Assembly: GCA_902769875.1 (NCBI GenBank)
Contig: CACXQV010000006.1
Location: 11,759-75,758 of the forward strand
Source: an uncultured Bacteroidia bacterium
GTDB lineage: Bacteria; Bacteroidota; Bacteroidia; Bacteroidales; F082
Reading direction: 5' to 3'
Length of the DNA stretch: 64,000 nucleotides
In this document: piece after piece, positions 9,037-17,789 of the stretch
How positions within the stretch are numbered: the first letter of the stretch is position 1
Layout: each line of letters starts with the position of its first letter
The notes under the pieces: generated by a model
What the model was told of the DNA's origin: nothing
The model's database searches: none
Seen by the model: only the letters and a program-made list of their open reading frames with translations
Translations under genes and position numbers: made by a program

Positions 9037-12000
9037 ATGAAAAAACTATTCCTTTTTGCCTTTCTTGTGGCAACATTTCAACTCTCTGCACAACCCTTGT
9101 GGCTGCGCGACAACGTGATTTCGCCCAATGGCGACAAGATTGCCTTTTGCTACAAAGGCGATGTGTATGTGGTGAACGCCAATGGCGGCAAAGCCCAACA
9201 ACTGACCACCACTTCTGCTTACGAAACCTCGCCTATCTGGTCTCCTGATGGCAAGCAAATCGCCTTTGCCTCCGACCGCAACGGCAACTTCGATGTGTAT
9301 TTGGTTTCTTCTGAAGGCGGTGTGCCTCAACGCATTACGACCAACTCGGCCTCTGAGATGCCTTTGGCTTTCTCGCCTGACGGGAAAGAGGTTTACTTCT
9401 CGGCCCAAATCCAGAAAGCGGCTGATAACGTTCAGTTTGCGGCTGCTTGGATTACTGAATTGTATAAGGTAAGCTGCGATGGTGGCCGCCCAAAGCAAGT
9501 GGTGGCGGTGCCGGTGTGCAGCATGTCGTTCGACAAGGACGGCAAATCGTTCCTCTATTACGACCGCAAGGGCAGCGAGAACATTTGGCGCAAGCACCAC
9601 GTCTCGTCAGTGGCCCGCGATGTGGTGTATTACAACGCCAAGAAAAAGACCCACACCATCCTTACGACCAACGTCGGCGAAGACCGCGACCCGCGCTATC
9701 TGCCTGGCTATCAAGAAGTCGTTTTCCTGAGTGAGCGCAACAACGGTAACTTCAATGTTTACAAGGCACCAGCCAACGATATGGAAAAGGTGGAGCAGGT
9801 GTCGCATTTCACGACGCATCCCGTGCGCTTTTTGAGCGTGGCCGAAAATGGCTTGCTGTGTTATGGCTATATGGGCGAAATCTACACGCAACGCATTGGC
9901 AGTGAGCCTCAAAAGGTACACATTGAAATCGTCAACGACCAAGAGCAAGAGCAATTGGTGAATCAGGATTTCAGGGGTGTCGGCGACTTCGACCTAAGTC
10001 ATGACGGCAAGTTGATTGCTTTCTGTTCGAGAGGCGAGGTTTTCGTGACGGGCGTGGACGAATACGCCACAACGAAACAGATTACGCACACGCCTCAGCC
10101 TGAGCGCAATCCTTCGTTCTCGAAAGATGGCCGCACCATCGTTTATGCCTCGGAGCGCGACGGCTACTGGAACCTTTATCAGGCCACCATCGAGCGCAAG
10201 GAGGACTACAATTTCGCTTACGCCACCTTGATTGACGAGAAGCCTTTGTTCGGCAATGATGGCGTGGAACGCATTACGCCAGCCTTCTCGCCCGACGGCA
10301 AGGAAATCGCTTTCATTGAGAATCGTAGTGTTCTGAAAGTCTATAATTTGGCATCGAAATTAGAGCGTCAAATCACGGATGGACGTCAGCATTATGATAC
10401 GGATGATTACGGCTTTTCATACCAATGGTCGCCCGACGGCCAATGGTTCGCTTTGACCCTTGTCACCAATATGCGCGACCCCTATAGTGATATTGGCATC
10501 GTGAAAGCCGATGGGTCGATGAAGATTTACAACATCACCGAGAGTGCCTATATCGACGGCAGTCCGCAATGGGCGATGGATGGCAATGCAATCATTTATC
10601 GTTCAAACCGTTACGGTATGCGTTCCCATGCCTCATGGGGCAGCCAAAACGACGCTTTCATCGCTTTCCTCAACCAAGAAGCCTACGACAAGTTCCGCCT
10701 CAGCAAAGAGGAATATGCCTTGCTGAAGGAAACCGAAAAGGGCAAGAAGGACGATAAGAAGGACGAGGCGAAGGAAGAGAAGAAGAATGACAAGAAAGGC
10801 AAAAAGGACGATAAGAAAAACGGCACTGCGATAAGCTCTGAGACCTCAAAAGATGACAAGACAAAGGAAACCAAGAAGATAGAGGTGGATTTGGAACATT
10901 TGCAAGACCGCATCATCCGCCTCACGCCTATGTCGTCGAGCTTGAGCGGGATGGCGCTTTCCGCCGATGGCGAAAAGTTCTATTTCATGACTTCGTTTGA
11001 GAAGGGCTACGACCTTTGGGAACTCGACGTGCGCGAAAAGTCGATGAAGATTTTGAAGAAGATGGGGCAGGGCGGCGCACAACTGCGAATGAAAGGCGAC
11101 AACATCTTTGTGCTTTCGGGTGGCAACCTGCAAAAGGTGGACAAGGGCGGCAAGTCGACGTCGATTAAATATGACGCCACAATGCAACTCGACCTTGCGG
11201 AGGAACGCGAATATATGTTCAATCACGTTTTCCTGCAAACCGAGAAACGTTTCTTCATGAAGGACAAAAACGGCGTGGATTTGGCAATGATGAAGACAGC
11301 CTACCAGCCTTTCCTCCAGCACATTAACAACAATTACGACTTTTCCGAGATGCTGAGTGAGATTTTGGGCGAATTGAATGTGTCGCACACGGGTTCGGGC
11401 TATCGTCCTTCGGGTCGTGGTGGCGATGCTACGGCTGAGTTTGGCGTGATTCTCGACCTCGATTATAAGGGCGACGGCCTCAAAATCGCTGAGGTGGTGG
11501 AAGGCAGTCCCTTTGACAAGAAAAACTCCAAAGTGAAAGCCGGTTGCATTATCGAAAAGATTGACGGCGTGGAGATTACGAAGGATATGGACTATTATCC
11601 GCTGCTCAACAACAAGCGCGACAAAACCGTTTTGGTGACCATCAAGGACGGCGGCAAGACTTGGGACGAGACCGTGAAACCCATCAGCCACGGCGCGATG
11701 AACGAACTGCTCTACAACCGTTGGGTGAAGCACAACGAGGAAACCGTGAAGAAGCTCTCCAAAGGTCGCCTCGGCTACGTCCACATCCGCAGTATGGGCG
11801 ATGCCAGTTACCGCGACGTGTATTCCCAAATCCTCGGCAAGTACAACCTTTGCGACGGCATTGTCATCGACACGCGCTTCAATGGCGGCGGTCGCCTGCA
11901 CGAAGACATAGAGATTCTGTTCAGTGGAGAGAAATACTTAGAACAGGTCATCAACGACAGCGTGGCCTGCGTGATGCCTTCCCGACGCTACAACAAGCCC

Positions 12001-12339
12001 TCAGTGATGATTATCGGCGAGGCCAATTACAGCAACGCGCACGGCACGCCTTGGGTCTACAAGTACAAGAAAATGGGCACTCTCGTTGGTATGCCCGTTC
12101 CTGGTACTATGTCGAGCGTGACTTGGGAAACCTTGCAAGACCCATCATTGTATTTTGGTCTGCCCGTCATCGGCTACCGCACCGAGCAAGGCAATTGGTT
12201 GGAAAACACGCAATTGGAGCCTGACGTAAAAGTACGCAACACCCCTGAAAAGATGGCTGCCGGCGTGGATGAGCAGTTGGAAGCCGCCGTGAAGGAACTG
12301 ATGAAAGAGGTGAAGGATTTCCATTATTGGGGGAAGTGA
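9037..12339 (+). CDS. tricorn-protease-like S41 peptidase (PD40-type propeller repeats, PDZ, S41 domain)
   Basis: 1100 aa. Signal peptide, repeated SP(D/N)GK..AF PD40 motifs, and C-terminal RFNGGG plus NYSNAHG S41-like region. Confidence 0.88.
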   Translation: MKKLFLFAFLVATFQLSAQPLWLRDNVISPNGDKIAFCYKGDVYVVNANGGKAQQLTTTSAYETSPIWSPDGKQIAFASDRNGNFDVYLVSSEGGVPQRITTNSASEMPLAFSPDGKEVYFSAQIQKAADNVQFAAAWITELYKVSCDGGRPKQVVAVPVCSMSFDKDGKSFLYYDRKGSENIWRKHHVSSVARDVVYYNAKKKTHTILTTNVGEDRDPRYLPGYQEVVFLSERNNGNFNVYKAPANDMEKVEQVSHFTTHPVRFLSVAENGLLCYGYMGEIYTQRIGSEPQKVHIEIVNDQEQEQLVNQDFRGVGDFDLSHDGKLIAFCSRGEVFVTGVDEYATTKQITHTPQPERNPSFSKDGRTIVYASERDGYWNLYQATIERKEDYNFAYATLIDEKPLFGNDGVERITPAFSPDGKEIAFIENRSVLKVYNLASKLERQITDGRQHYDTDDYGFSYQWSPDGQWFALTLVTNMRDPYSDIGIVKADGSMKIYNITESAYIDGSPQWAMDGNAIIYRSNRYGMRSHASWGSQNDAFIAFLNQEAYDKFRLSKEEYALLKETEKGKKDDKKDEAKEEKKNDKKGKKDDKKNGTAISSETSKDDKTKETKKIEVDLEHLQDRIIRLTPMSSSLSGMALSADGEKFYFMTSFEKGYDLWELDVREKSMKILKKMGQGGAQLRMKGDNIFVLSGGNLQKVDKGGKSTSIKYDATMQLDLAEEREYMFNHVFLQTEKRFFMKDKNGVDLAMMKTAYQPFLQHINNNYDFSEMLSEILGELNVSHTGSGYRPSGRGGDATAEFGVILDLDYKGDGLKIAEVVEGSPFDKKNSKVKAGCIIEKIDGVEITKDMDYYPLLNNKRDKTVLVTIKDGGKTWDETVKPISHGAMNELLYNRWVKHNEETVKKLSKGRLGYVHIRSMGDASYRDVYSQILGKYNLCDGIVIDTRFNGGGRLHEDIEILFSGEKYLEQVINDSVACVMPSRRYNKPSVMIIGEANYSNAHGTPWVYKYKKMGTLVGMPVPGTMSSVTWETLQDPSLYFGLPVIGYRTEQGNWLENTQLEPDVKVRNTPEKMAAGVDEQLEAAVKELMKEVKDFHYWGK

Positions 12340-12340
12340 G

Positions 12341-12375
12341 GTAGGAAGTAGGAGGTAGGAGGTAGAAAGTAGGAA
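12341..12375. repeat. heptamer microsatellite (GTAGGAR)x5
   Basis: GTAGGAA GTAGGAG GTAGGAG GTAGAAA GTAGGAA, starting 2 nt after the tricorn-like stop codon. Confidence 0.9.
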
Positions 12376-12387
12376 TTGTTTGTTTAG

Positions 12388-12415
12388 TAGGGCTGTCGTA
12401 TCACGGCAGCCCTAT
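12388..12415. terminator. GC-rich hairpin between the convergent tricorn-like gene and the ATPase gene
   Basis: TAGGGCTGTCG-tatca-CGGCAGCCCTA, one mismatch. Confidence 0.5.
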
Positions 12416-12471
12416 ATTGCATATTCAAATTTCCTAATGGAATCGCTTGAGAGTATAAAAAACGTTAAAAA

Positions 12472-14058
12472 TCAGTCTTTTACAATAATCCAATCCGAAA
12501 CCGTCTTGGTCTCCTGTGAGAAAGCAATGCCGATTTTCACTACGGGTTTTCCTTCGGTTTGGTAAGGAATCGCGTAGTTTTTCGAGTTGATTTGCGCCAA
12601 GGCTTCTTGCGCCGTGCCGCGCATCTTCAATTCCATCACATAGACGGCATCGCGCATAAACACGACGACATCAGTCTTCCCGCGAGCCACCTTCACCTGC
12701 GTAAATGTCCGACAATTGAAAATGGAGAAAACAACGTATGTAAGCACCTCGTAATAAGCCTCATATTTGGCAATATCGTCCAATTCCTTCTCGCCAAATT
12801 CCAAATAAGGGATTGATGCAAAAAAGGCTTGCATAGATTTCATAGCCGAATCGGGGTCGTGGTCGTATAGGTGCGCATAGAAGTCGCCGGCGAACCCTCT
12901 CGTGTTGGTGCTGCAGAGGTTCATCATTCGGATGAGGAAGTTGTCCATAAAGCCGACTTTCACCTCGGCGTTGGGGAAGTCGAGCGTGTAAACATCACGA
13001 ATGAAGTTGTAGTCCTTGATGGTGAGGTAGCCGCTTTGGTAGAGCAATGGCAAAGCCGAAGTCATTCCCTCGGTGGGCACGTCGAACTGGGTGGACGGCA
13101 CCTGCAATTGTTCCAATTCCAACAGATTCGTGTTGAATCGCTTCATCTCCTCAAAGAGGAAAGTCGGTGTCCCGCTACCGAACCAATAGTAATCAAGTCG
13201 TTGAGAAACAAATACATTCATCAAACTGTAAGGATTGAAGATGTCGGGCGAGCCGTCGCAGAAATGATAGCCGTCGTAATCGAGTTTCAGGCGGTCGATC
13301 ATCCACTCTTTTGTTTGCTTGTAGCGGTCGGCAACCATTTGTATGTCTTCGTCAAAAACAGTCAGCAGTTCTTCTTTTGTGATGCCACAAAGGGCAGCAT
13401 AAGTCGGCTCCATCGAGATATTGCGCAGATTGTTCAAGGTGGAGAAGATGCTCAGTTGGCTGAATTTGGTGATGCCTGTGATGAAGACAAACTGCTCGTC
13501 CTTGTCGCAAATTTTGACTGTCTGGTAAAACTCCTGCATAATGTGGCGCACCTCTTCAAGTTGGTCGGGTTTGTGCAAGTAATCCAACAAAGGCGCATCG
13601 TATTCGTCCAAGATGACAACGGTTTTCAGGCCGGTCTGCTCGTGGGCGCGTTCGATAAGCCCTCTGAGGCGTTTCCCCGGGGTGGTTTCCGTCTCGTCTC
13701 TTCCATAAAGGCGTTCATAATCTTTCAGTTCCCATTCCAAAGTCCTGACAATCTCTTGAAGGTTGGGTTGGTTTTTGCAGGCACTCAAATCGAAATGCAG
13801 CACAGGATGCTTGTTCCAGTCTTTTTCCAATTCCGTAATGGCGAGGCCTTCGAAAAGGTCTTTCCGGCCTTGGAAATAGTATTTTAATGTACTGCAAAGC
13901 AACGACTTGCCAAACCTGCGCGGACGACAGAGGAATACGAATTTCGATTCGTGCGACAATTTGTAAACAAGGTCAGTCTTGTCAACATAGACACGTCCAG
14001 CCTGTCTGATGCTTTCAAAATCGGCGATGCCGGCGGTGTAGAGTCTCATAGGTTGCAT
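12472..14058 (-). CDS. AAA-ATPase-like protein with C-terminal PD-(D/E)XK nuclease-like domain
   Basis: 528 aa. Contains YVDKTDLVYKL...RPRRFGKSL and VILDEYD, with a C-terminal GKTDVVVF...VMELK motif. Paralog of 45755..47341. Confidence 0.85.
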   Translation of the reverse strand: MQPMRLYTAGIADFESIRQAGRVYVDKTDLVYKLSHESKFVFLCRPRRFGKSLLCSTLKYYFQGRKDLFEGLAITELEKDWNKHPVLHFDLSACKNQPNLQEIVRTLEWELKDYERLYGRDETETTPGKRLRGLIERAHEQTGLKTVVILDEYDAPLLDYLHKPDQLEEVRHIMQEFYQTVKICDKDEQFVFITGITKFSQLSIFSTLNNLRNISMEPTYAALCGITKEELLTVFDEDIQMVADRYKQTKEWMIDRLKLDYDGYHFCDGSPDIFNPYSLMNVFVSQRLDYYWFGSGTPTFLFEEMKRFNTNLLELEQLQVPSTQFDVPTEGMTSALPLLYQSGYLTIKDYNFIRDVYTLDFPNAEVKVGFMDNFLIRMMNLCSTNTRGFAGDFYAHLYDHDPDSAMKSMQAFFASIPYLEFGEKELDDIAKYEAYYEVLTYVVFSIFNCRTFTQVKVARGKTDVVVFMRDAVYVMELKMRGTAQEALAQINSKNYAIPYQTEGKPVVKIGIAFSQETKTVSDWIIVKD

Positions 14059-14099
14059 AGCGCAAACGGGTTTTTCGCTGCAAAATTAGCGTTTTTCCT

Positions 14100-16715
14100 C
14101 TATTCCACCACGATTTCATCCATAAAAATCCAAGAATCAAACCCCGCTCCGGGAAGACCATCGGGAAGTTTTCCGGGGTTCTTCACAACGATGCGAAGCA
14201 GACGGGTGGAAATCGGTATCTCAAAACGCTCGCGGAAGGTGAAATTGCCCTCGCGGGTCACTTCGGTGGTAAGGGGGAAAGTGCCGCGTAGGGTGTAATC
14301 CTTTCCGTTGTAGGAACCGTAAACTTGTATCGTGTCGGGGCGCAGGATCCAGTCGTGGGCATTGACCAAGAAGCCGATATTCAATGCGTTGACCTTCGTC
14401 CAAGTGCCCAAGTCGATTTCAATGTCGGCATCGGTGCCGTAGAAACCCTGCCAGCGGCCATCCTTGTAGTCGTCGCCGCCGAGCGTACCATCCACAAGGG
14501 CATTGTCGCCGCCGCCGGAATATTCGGGACGGTAGTTGCCTGCTGGACTGTTCAGTCGCTTCAGTCGACCCATGCCTTTGTGGTAGCAGAAATAACGCTC
14601 GGCGCAAGTCGGTTCGCCCACCTCATTGAAGCAAGCCGCCTTCACGAGGCAAGGCCGCTCCAAAACGATGGGGCTTTGATAGACGGAATCGTTTGGCGTA
14701 ACTTCTTTTCCGTCAACTGTATAGCGGATTTCCTTATCGCCAAAAATGGTTTTCAAAGCAATGGCAGTGTGCCCTTTTTCATCGGTTATGGCTTCGATAA
14801 ATGGCAGGTATTCAAGTTGTTGTAATTCTCGGGCAATGTCATCGTATTTCTTCATATTGACATCCAACCAATATGGGCGACTTTCGATGTTCCATACTTT
14901 GACATATTCTTTCTTTAATTGATGAAGGTGCCACAACAATCCATTTATCATGTGCTGACTGAAATCAACGTTTTCCTCTGTTGGATCATTGTATGTTTTG
15001 TATAATTGACAACGCGCAATATTGCGGAGGGTACACCATTTCATTCGCATAATCGAATAGATGGCATTGTCTATCATGCCCCTGTTTTTTTTGATTTTTC
15101 CGACCGTAGCCCATTCAATTAGTTCTAAACGATCCAGTTTTTCAAAAAGTAATTGGTTAGCCTTTTTAGTGGAATCAGTGATTTGAGATGGGTAAAAAGG
15201 GGTGATATGTTCAGTCAATGCGCTCAACTTACCGATATCGTCAATTTTGGAGATTTCGGAGATGCTGTCAAGATAGTTGATAAATGTGTCAGAGGTGCTT
15301 CCAAAGAAATGGTTGGCAAAGTTGGTTTCGGTATTGCGTTCATCGGTGGAAACCGCATTCCAGCTCATCTCAGCACCCAGAGCCAATCCATATAACGCAC
15401 TGTTAATCAACGACTCGCCAAAGTCATCCCAGCAGGTGTTGATAACGCCCAAAGCACCGTTTTTGTAACCGTCGCGGCAAAGGTTGCTGATGTTCTTTCT
15501 GAACTCGTAATGCTTGGGCCAAACCCGTTCCGAAAGGCTCACGCCAGGCGCGACGAAAAAACTCCGCCCCGATTCTTTGTAAGGTTTCAGGAAGTCGTCG
15601 AAATCGTTTTTGTCCACATAACTCCACGCGATGAGGAAAATGTCGTCATCCAAATTGTCAAGGATTTCGGGGTGCTGGTCGGCAATGTCGCCCCACATCA
15701 TCACACGCTTGCGGTAGGGGCGAAGCATCCGATTGACGCGGTTAATGTGTTGGTAATAAACCTTTTCCGCTCCGATGGAATCGACGTATGCTTTGGCGTA
15801 GCCTTGTCCAAGGCTTTCGGTTTCGTCGCAATTGATGTTGAAATACGGCGATTTGTAGGCTCTTGCTACCTCGCGGAGATGGTCTTCAAGGAACTTATAG
15901 GTTTCCTCCTTGGCGGGGTTGAGGTTCCATTTCGTGTCGGCCAAATGGCTGTAGAACGGGTTGCAGAGAATCTCCTCAAAATGTCCAAAACATTGCTGAT
16001 TGCCAATGATTTGGATGTGATACGGCCTGCAAAACTCCTCCAATTCCTTGATTTCCTCGGCGGTGAAGGCATCGGTGGGGGCAATGTCGGGGTGGCATTG
16101 TGTCTTGAAGGTGTGTTCGGTGTAGAGCGAGAACGCATTGAGCTTGCACTCAGCCATTTGCGGGATGAGGCGTTTCAAATAGTCCATACTGACGATGGGG
16201 CCTCGGCTGATGTCGTCTTGCCAAGCGCGAATCTTGAAATTGGGCCAGTCGGTGATGGTCGCGCAGGGGAGGGCGATTTCATTTCCCTTGCTTTGCAGGA
16301 AGGCGTAGCGGAAGAGTTGCTTCAGGCTTTGCGTGGCGTAGAAAAGTCCCGTGTTGGTTGTGGCTTCCATCCTCACAAAGTTGCGGTTGATGGTCAGGCG
16401 GTAGGCTTGGTCCTCGTTTTCGCTGATGCCGAGGTGGTCGGTCTTGATGAGTTCGATGAAATGTTTGCCCTTGATGACCCCGCGCGAAAACTGCACTTTC
16501 TTGCCGCTGATTCGGTCCAAATCCTGCCGAAACATCGTGACAATTTGGTTGATTTCGGCATCGGAGGCGTCGTAGGTGAGGACGACATTCTCGTCCCAAA
16601 CAAACTGGCCTTCAGCGGTTTTCACTTGCTGTGGTGTGGGCAGGATGTGGATGTTTTGTGCGAAGGCGTTAAGCGCGAAAAGGCAAAGGATGGTAATAAG
16701 GAGTTTGGCTTTCAT
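14100..16715 (-). CDS. GH20-like beta-N-acetylhexosaminidase with C-terminal discoidin (F5/8 type C)-like domain
   Basis: Start taken at Met17 (MKAKLLITILCLFALNAFAQ signal peptide). DWPNFKIRAWQDDISRG fits the GH20 DxPRFxxRGxxxDxxR pattern. Confidence 0.8.
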   Translation of the reverse strand: MKAKLLITILCLFALNAFAQNIHILPTPQQVKTAEGQFVWDENVVLTYDASDAEINQIVTMFRQDLDRISGKKVQFSRGVIKGKHFIELIKTDHLGISENEDQAYRLTINRNFVRMEATTNTGLFYATQSLKQLFRYAFLQSKGNEIALPCATITDWPNFKIRAWQDDISRGPIVSMDYLKRLIPQMAECKLNAFSLYTEHTFKTQCHPDIAPTDAFTAEEIKELEEFCRPYHIQIIGNQQCFGHFEEILCNPFYSHLADTKWNLNPAKEETYKFLEDHLREVARAYKSPYFNINCDETESLGQGYAKAYVDSIGAEKVYYQHINRVNRMLRPYRKRVMMWGDIADQHPEILDNLDDDIFLIAWSYVDKNDFDDFLKPYKESGRSFFVAPGVSLSERVWPKHYEFRKNISNLCRDGYKNGALGVINTCWDDFGESLINSALYGLALGAEMSWNAVSTDERNTETNFANHFFGSTSDTFINYLDSISEISKIDDIGKLSALTEHITPFYPSQITDSTKKANQLLFEKLDRLELIEWATVGKIKKNRGMIDNAIYSIMRMKWCTLRNIARCQLYKTYNDPTEENVDFSQHMINGLLWHLHQLKKEYVKVWNIESRPYWLDVNMKKYDDIARELQQLEYLPFIEAITDEKGHTAIALKTIFGDKEIRYTVDGKEVTPNDSVYQSPIVLERPCLVKAACFNEVGEPTCAERYFCYHKGMGRLKRLNSPAGNYRPEYSGGGDNALVDGTLGGDDYKDGRWQGFYGTDADIEIDLGTWTKVNALNIGFLVNAHDWILRPDTIQVYGSYNGKDYTLRGTFPLTTEVTREGNFTFRERFEIPISTRLLRIVVKNPGKLPDGLPGAGFDSWIFMDEIVVE

Positions 16716-16728
16716 AGGTTTGTAATTG

Positions 16729-17607
16729 TCAGTCTTCTTGTTCATAATAATACGAATAATCAATGCCCTTCATAAAGATTTCTCGGTCGTTGATGCGGTC
16801 GGTCAGGGCTTGTTTCAGCAGGGTTTTGATGGTTTTGGCGTCCGTTATGCTGCGTCGCATAGCCTCCAAATAGTGTTTCTTGTCAATTTGGCTCCAATCG
16901 ACGCATTTTTTCAATGAGTGCTTGAACATCAAGTCGAGCCAAATGCGCGTCGAGCGGCCGTTGCCCTCCATAAAGGGGTGCGCCACGTTCATCTCCACAT
17001 ATTTGTCCACAATCTCGTTAAAGGTGCTTTCTGGCATCTGTTCGATGACAATTAGGTTCTGCATAAGGTATTCGGCCCTGCAAAAGATGGTGCCACCTTT
17101 CGAAATCGTCTTGGTCCTGATTTTGCCCGCAAAGTCGTAAAGCCCGCCAAAGAGGAAGGCGTGAATCTGCCGCAGACATTCCACCGTGCCGGGTTTCATA
17201 CTGTCGAGGATGCCGCTCTCAAACAGGGTGTAGGCTTTCTTCTTGCTTTGCCCGTCGAGGGTGTTGTCGCTGTAGGTGAACCAGTCCAAGAAAGCGCTGG
17301 CGCGGTTGTTGGGATAGTGTTTGGCCAAGGTCTGCACGCACACGGCGTCGAGCGCGTCGGCGGCGCGTTGCTTGCCGTCGGGGGCCTCGAATTTGAAGTG
17401 GTTAGTGACACTAACCAGTTCGATGCCGTCCTTGGCCATCTTGCCTTTCAGGTATTTCCAATAGTTGCGCCCTTTCGTGTAGTCCTCCTCGTTGTTGATG
17501 GCACGGACGATGTCGGTGGCCGAAAACCACCACTTGCTTTGCGCCTCGTCCCAAACGGCCCTCACCATTCGGTCGTTGAAGAATCGTATGGATTTCTTTG
17601 TCGTCAT
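16729..17607 (-). CDS. Fic family protein with Bro-N-like N-terminal domain
   Basis: ATG at 17605-17607. Canonical Fic motif HPFMEGNGRSTR. The N-terminus IRFFNDRMVRAVWDEAQSKWWFSATDIVRAI resembles a Bro-N domain. Confidence 0.88.
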   Translation of the reverse strand: MTTKKSIRFFNDRMVRAVWDEAQSKWWFSATDIVRAINNEEDYTKGRNYWKYLKGKMAKDGIELVSVTNHFKFEAPDGKQRAADALDAVCVQTLAKHYPNNRASAFLDWFTYSDNTLDGQSKKKAYTLFESGILDSMKPGTVECLRQIHAFLFGGLYDFAGKIRTKTISKGGTIFCRAEYLMQNLIVIEQMPESTFNEIVDKYVEMNVAHPFMEGNGRSTRIWLDLMFKHSLKKCVDWSQIDKKHYLEAMRRSITDAKTIKTLLKQALTDRINDREIFMKGIDYSYYYEQED

Positions 17608-17667
17608 TTTCTTCCTGTAATCCAATGCAAAGATAACGATTTTTCTGCAATCCAGAGCCTTTGTCGT

Positions 17668-17758
17668 CAACAATTCAACAATTAAACACACAACAATTCA
17701 ACAATTCAACCCCCAACAATTCAACAATTCAACAATTAAACACTCAACACTTCAACAA
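17668..17758. repeat. octamer-based simple repeat (CAACAATT)n, degenerate
   Basis: caacaattcaacaattaaacacacaacaattcaacaattcaacccccaacaattcaacaattcaacaattaaacactcaacacttcaac, in the divergent fic/cutC intergenic region. Confidence 0.9.
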
Positions 17759-17764
17759 AATCAA

Positions 17765-17772
17765 TATCTTTG
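17765..17772 (+). promoter_or_regulatory. -7 box TATCTTTG upstream of cutC
   Basis: TAnnTTTG match 18 nt before ATG 17790, directly after the octamer repeat tract. Confidence 0.5.
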
Positions 17773-17789
17773 CCCAAAATTTTGAAACT

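Noticed and set aside
12380-12565. Small plus-strand ORF, together with its twin at 45651..45848, ending in ...SETVLVSCEKAMPI.T.GFPSVW.
   Set aside because: Both are mirror images of the conserved 3' ends of the two minus-strand ATPase paralogs, not independent genes.
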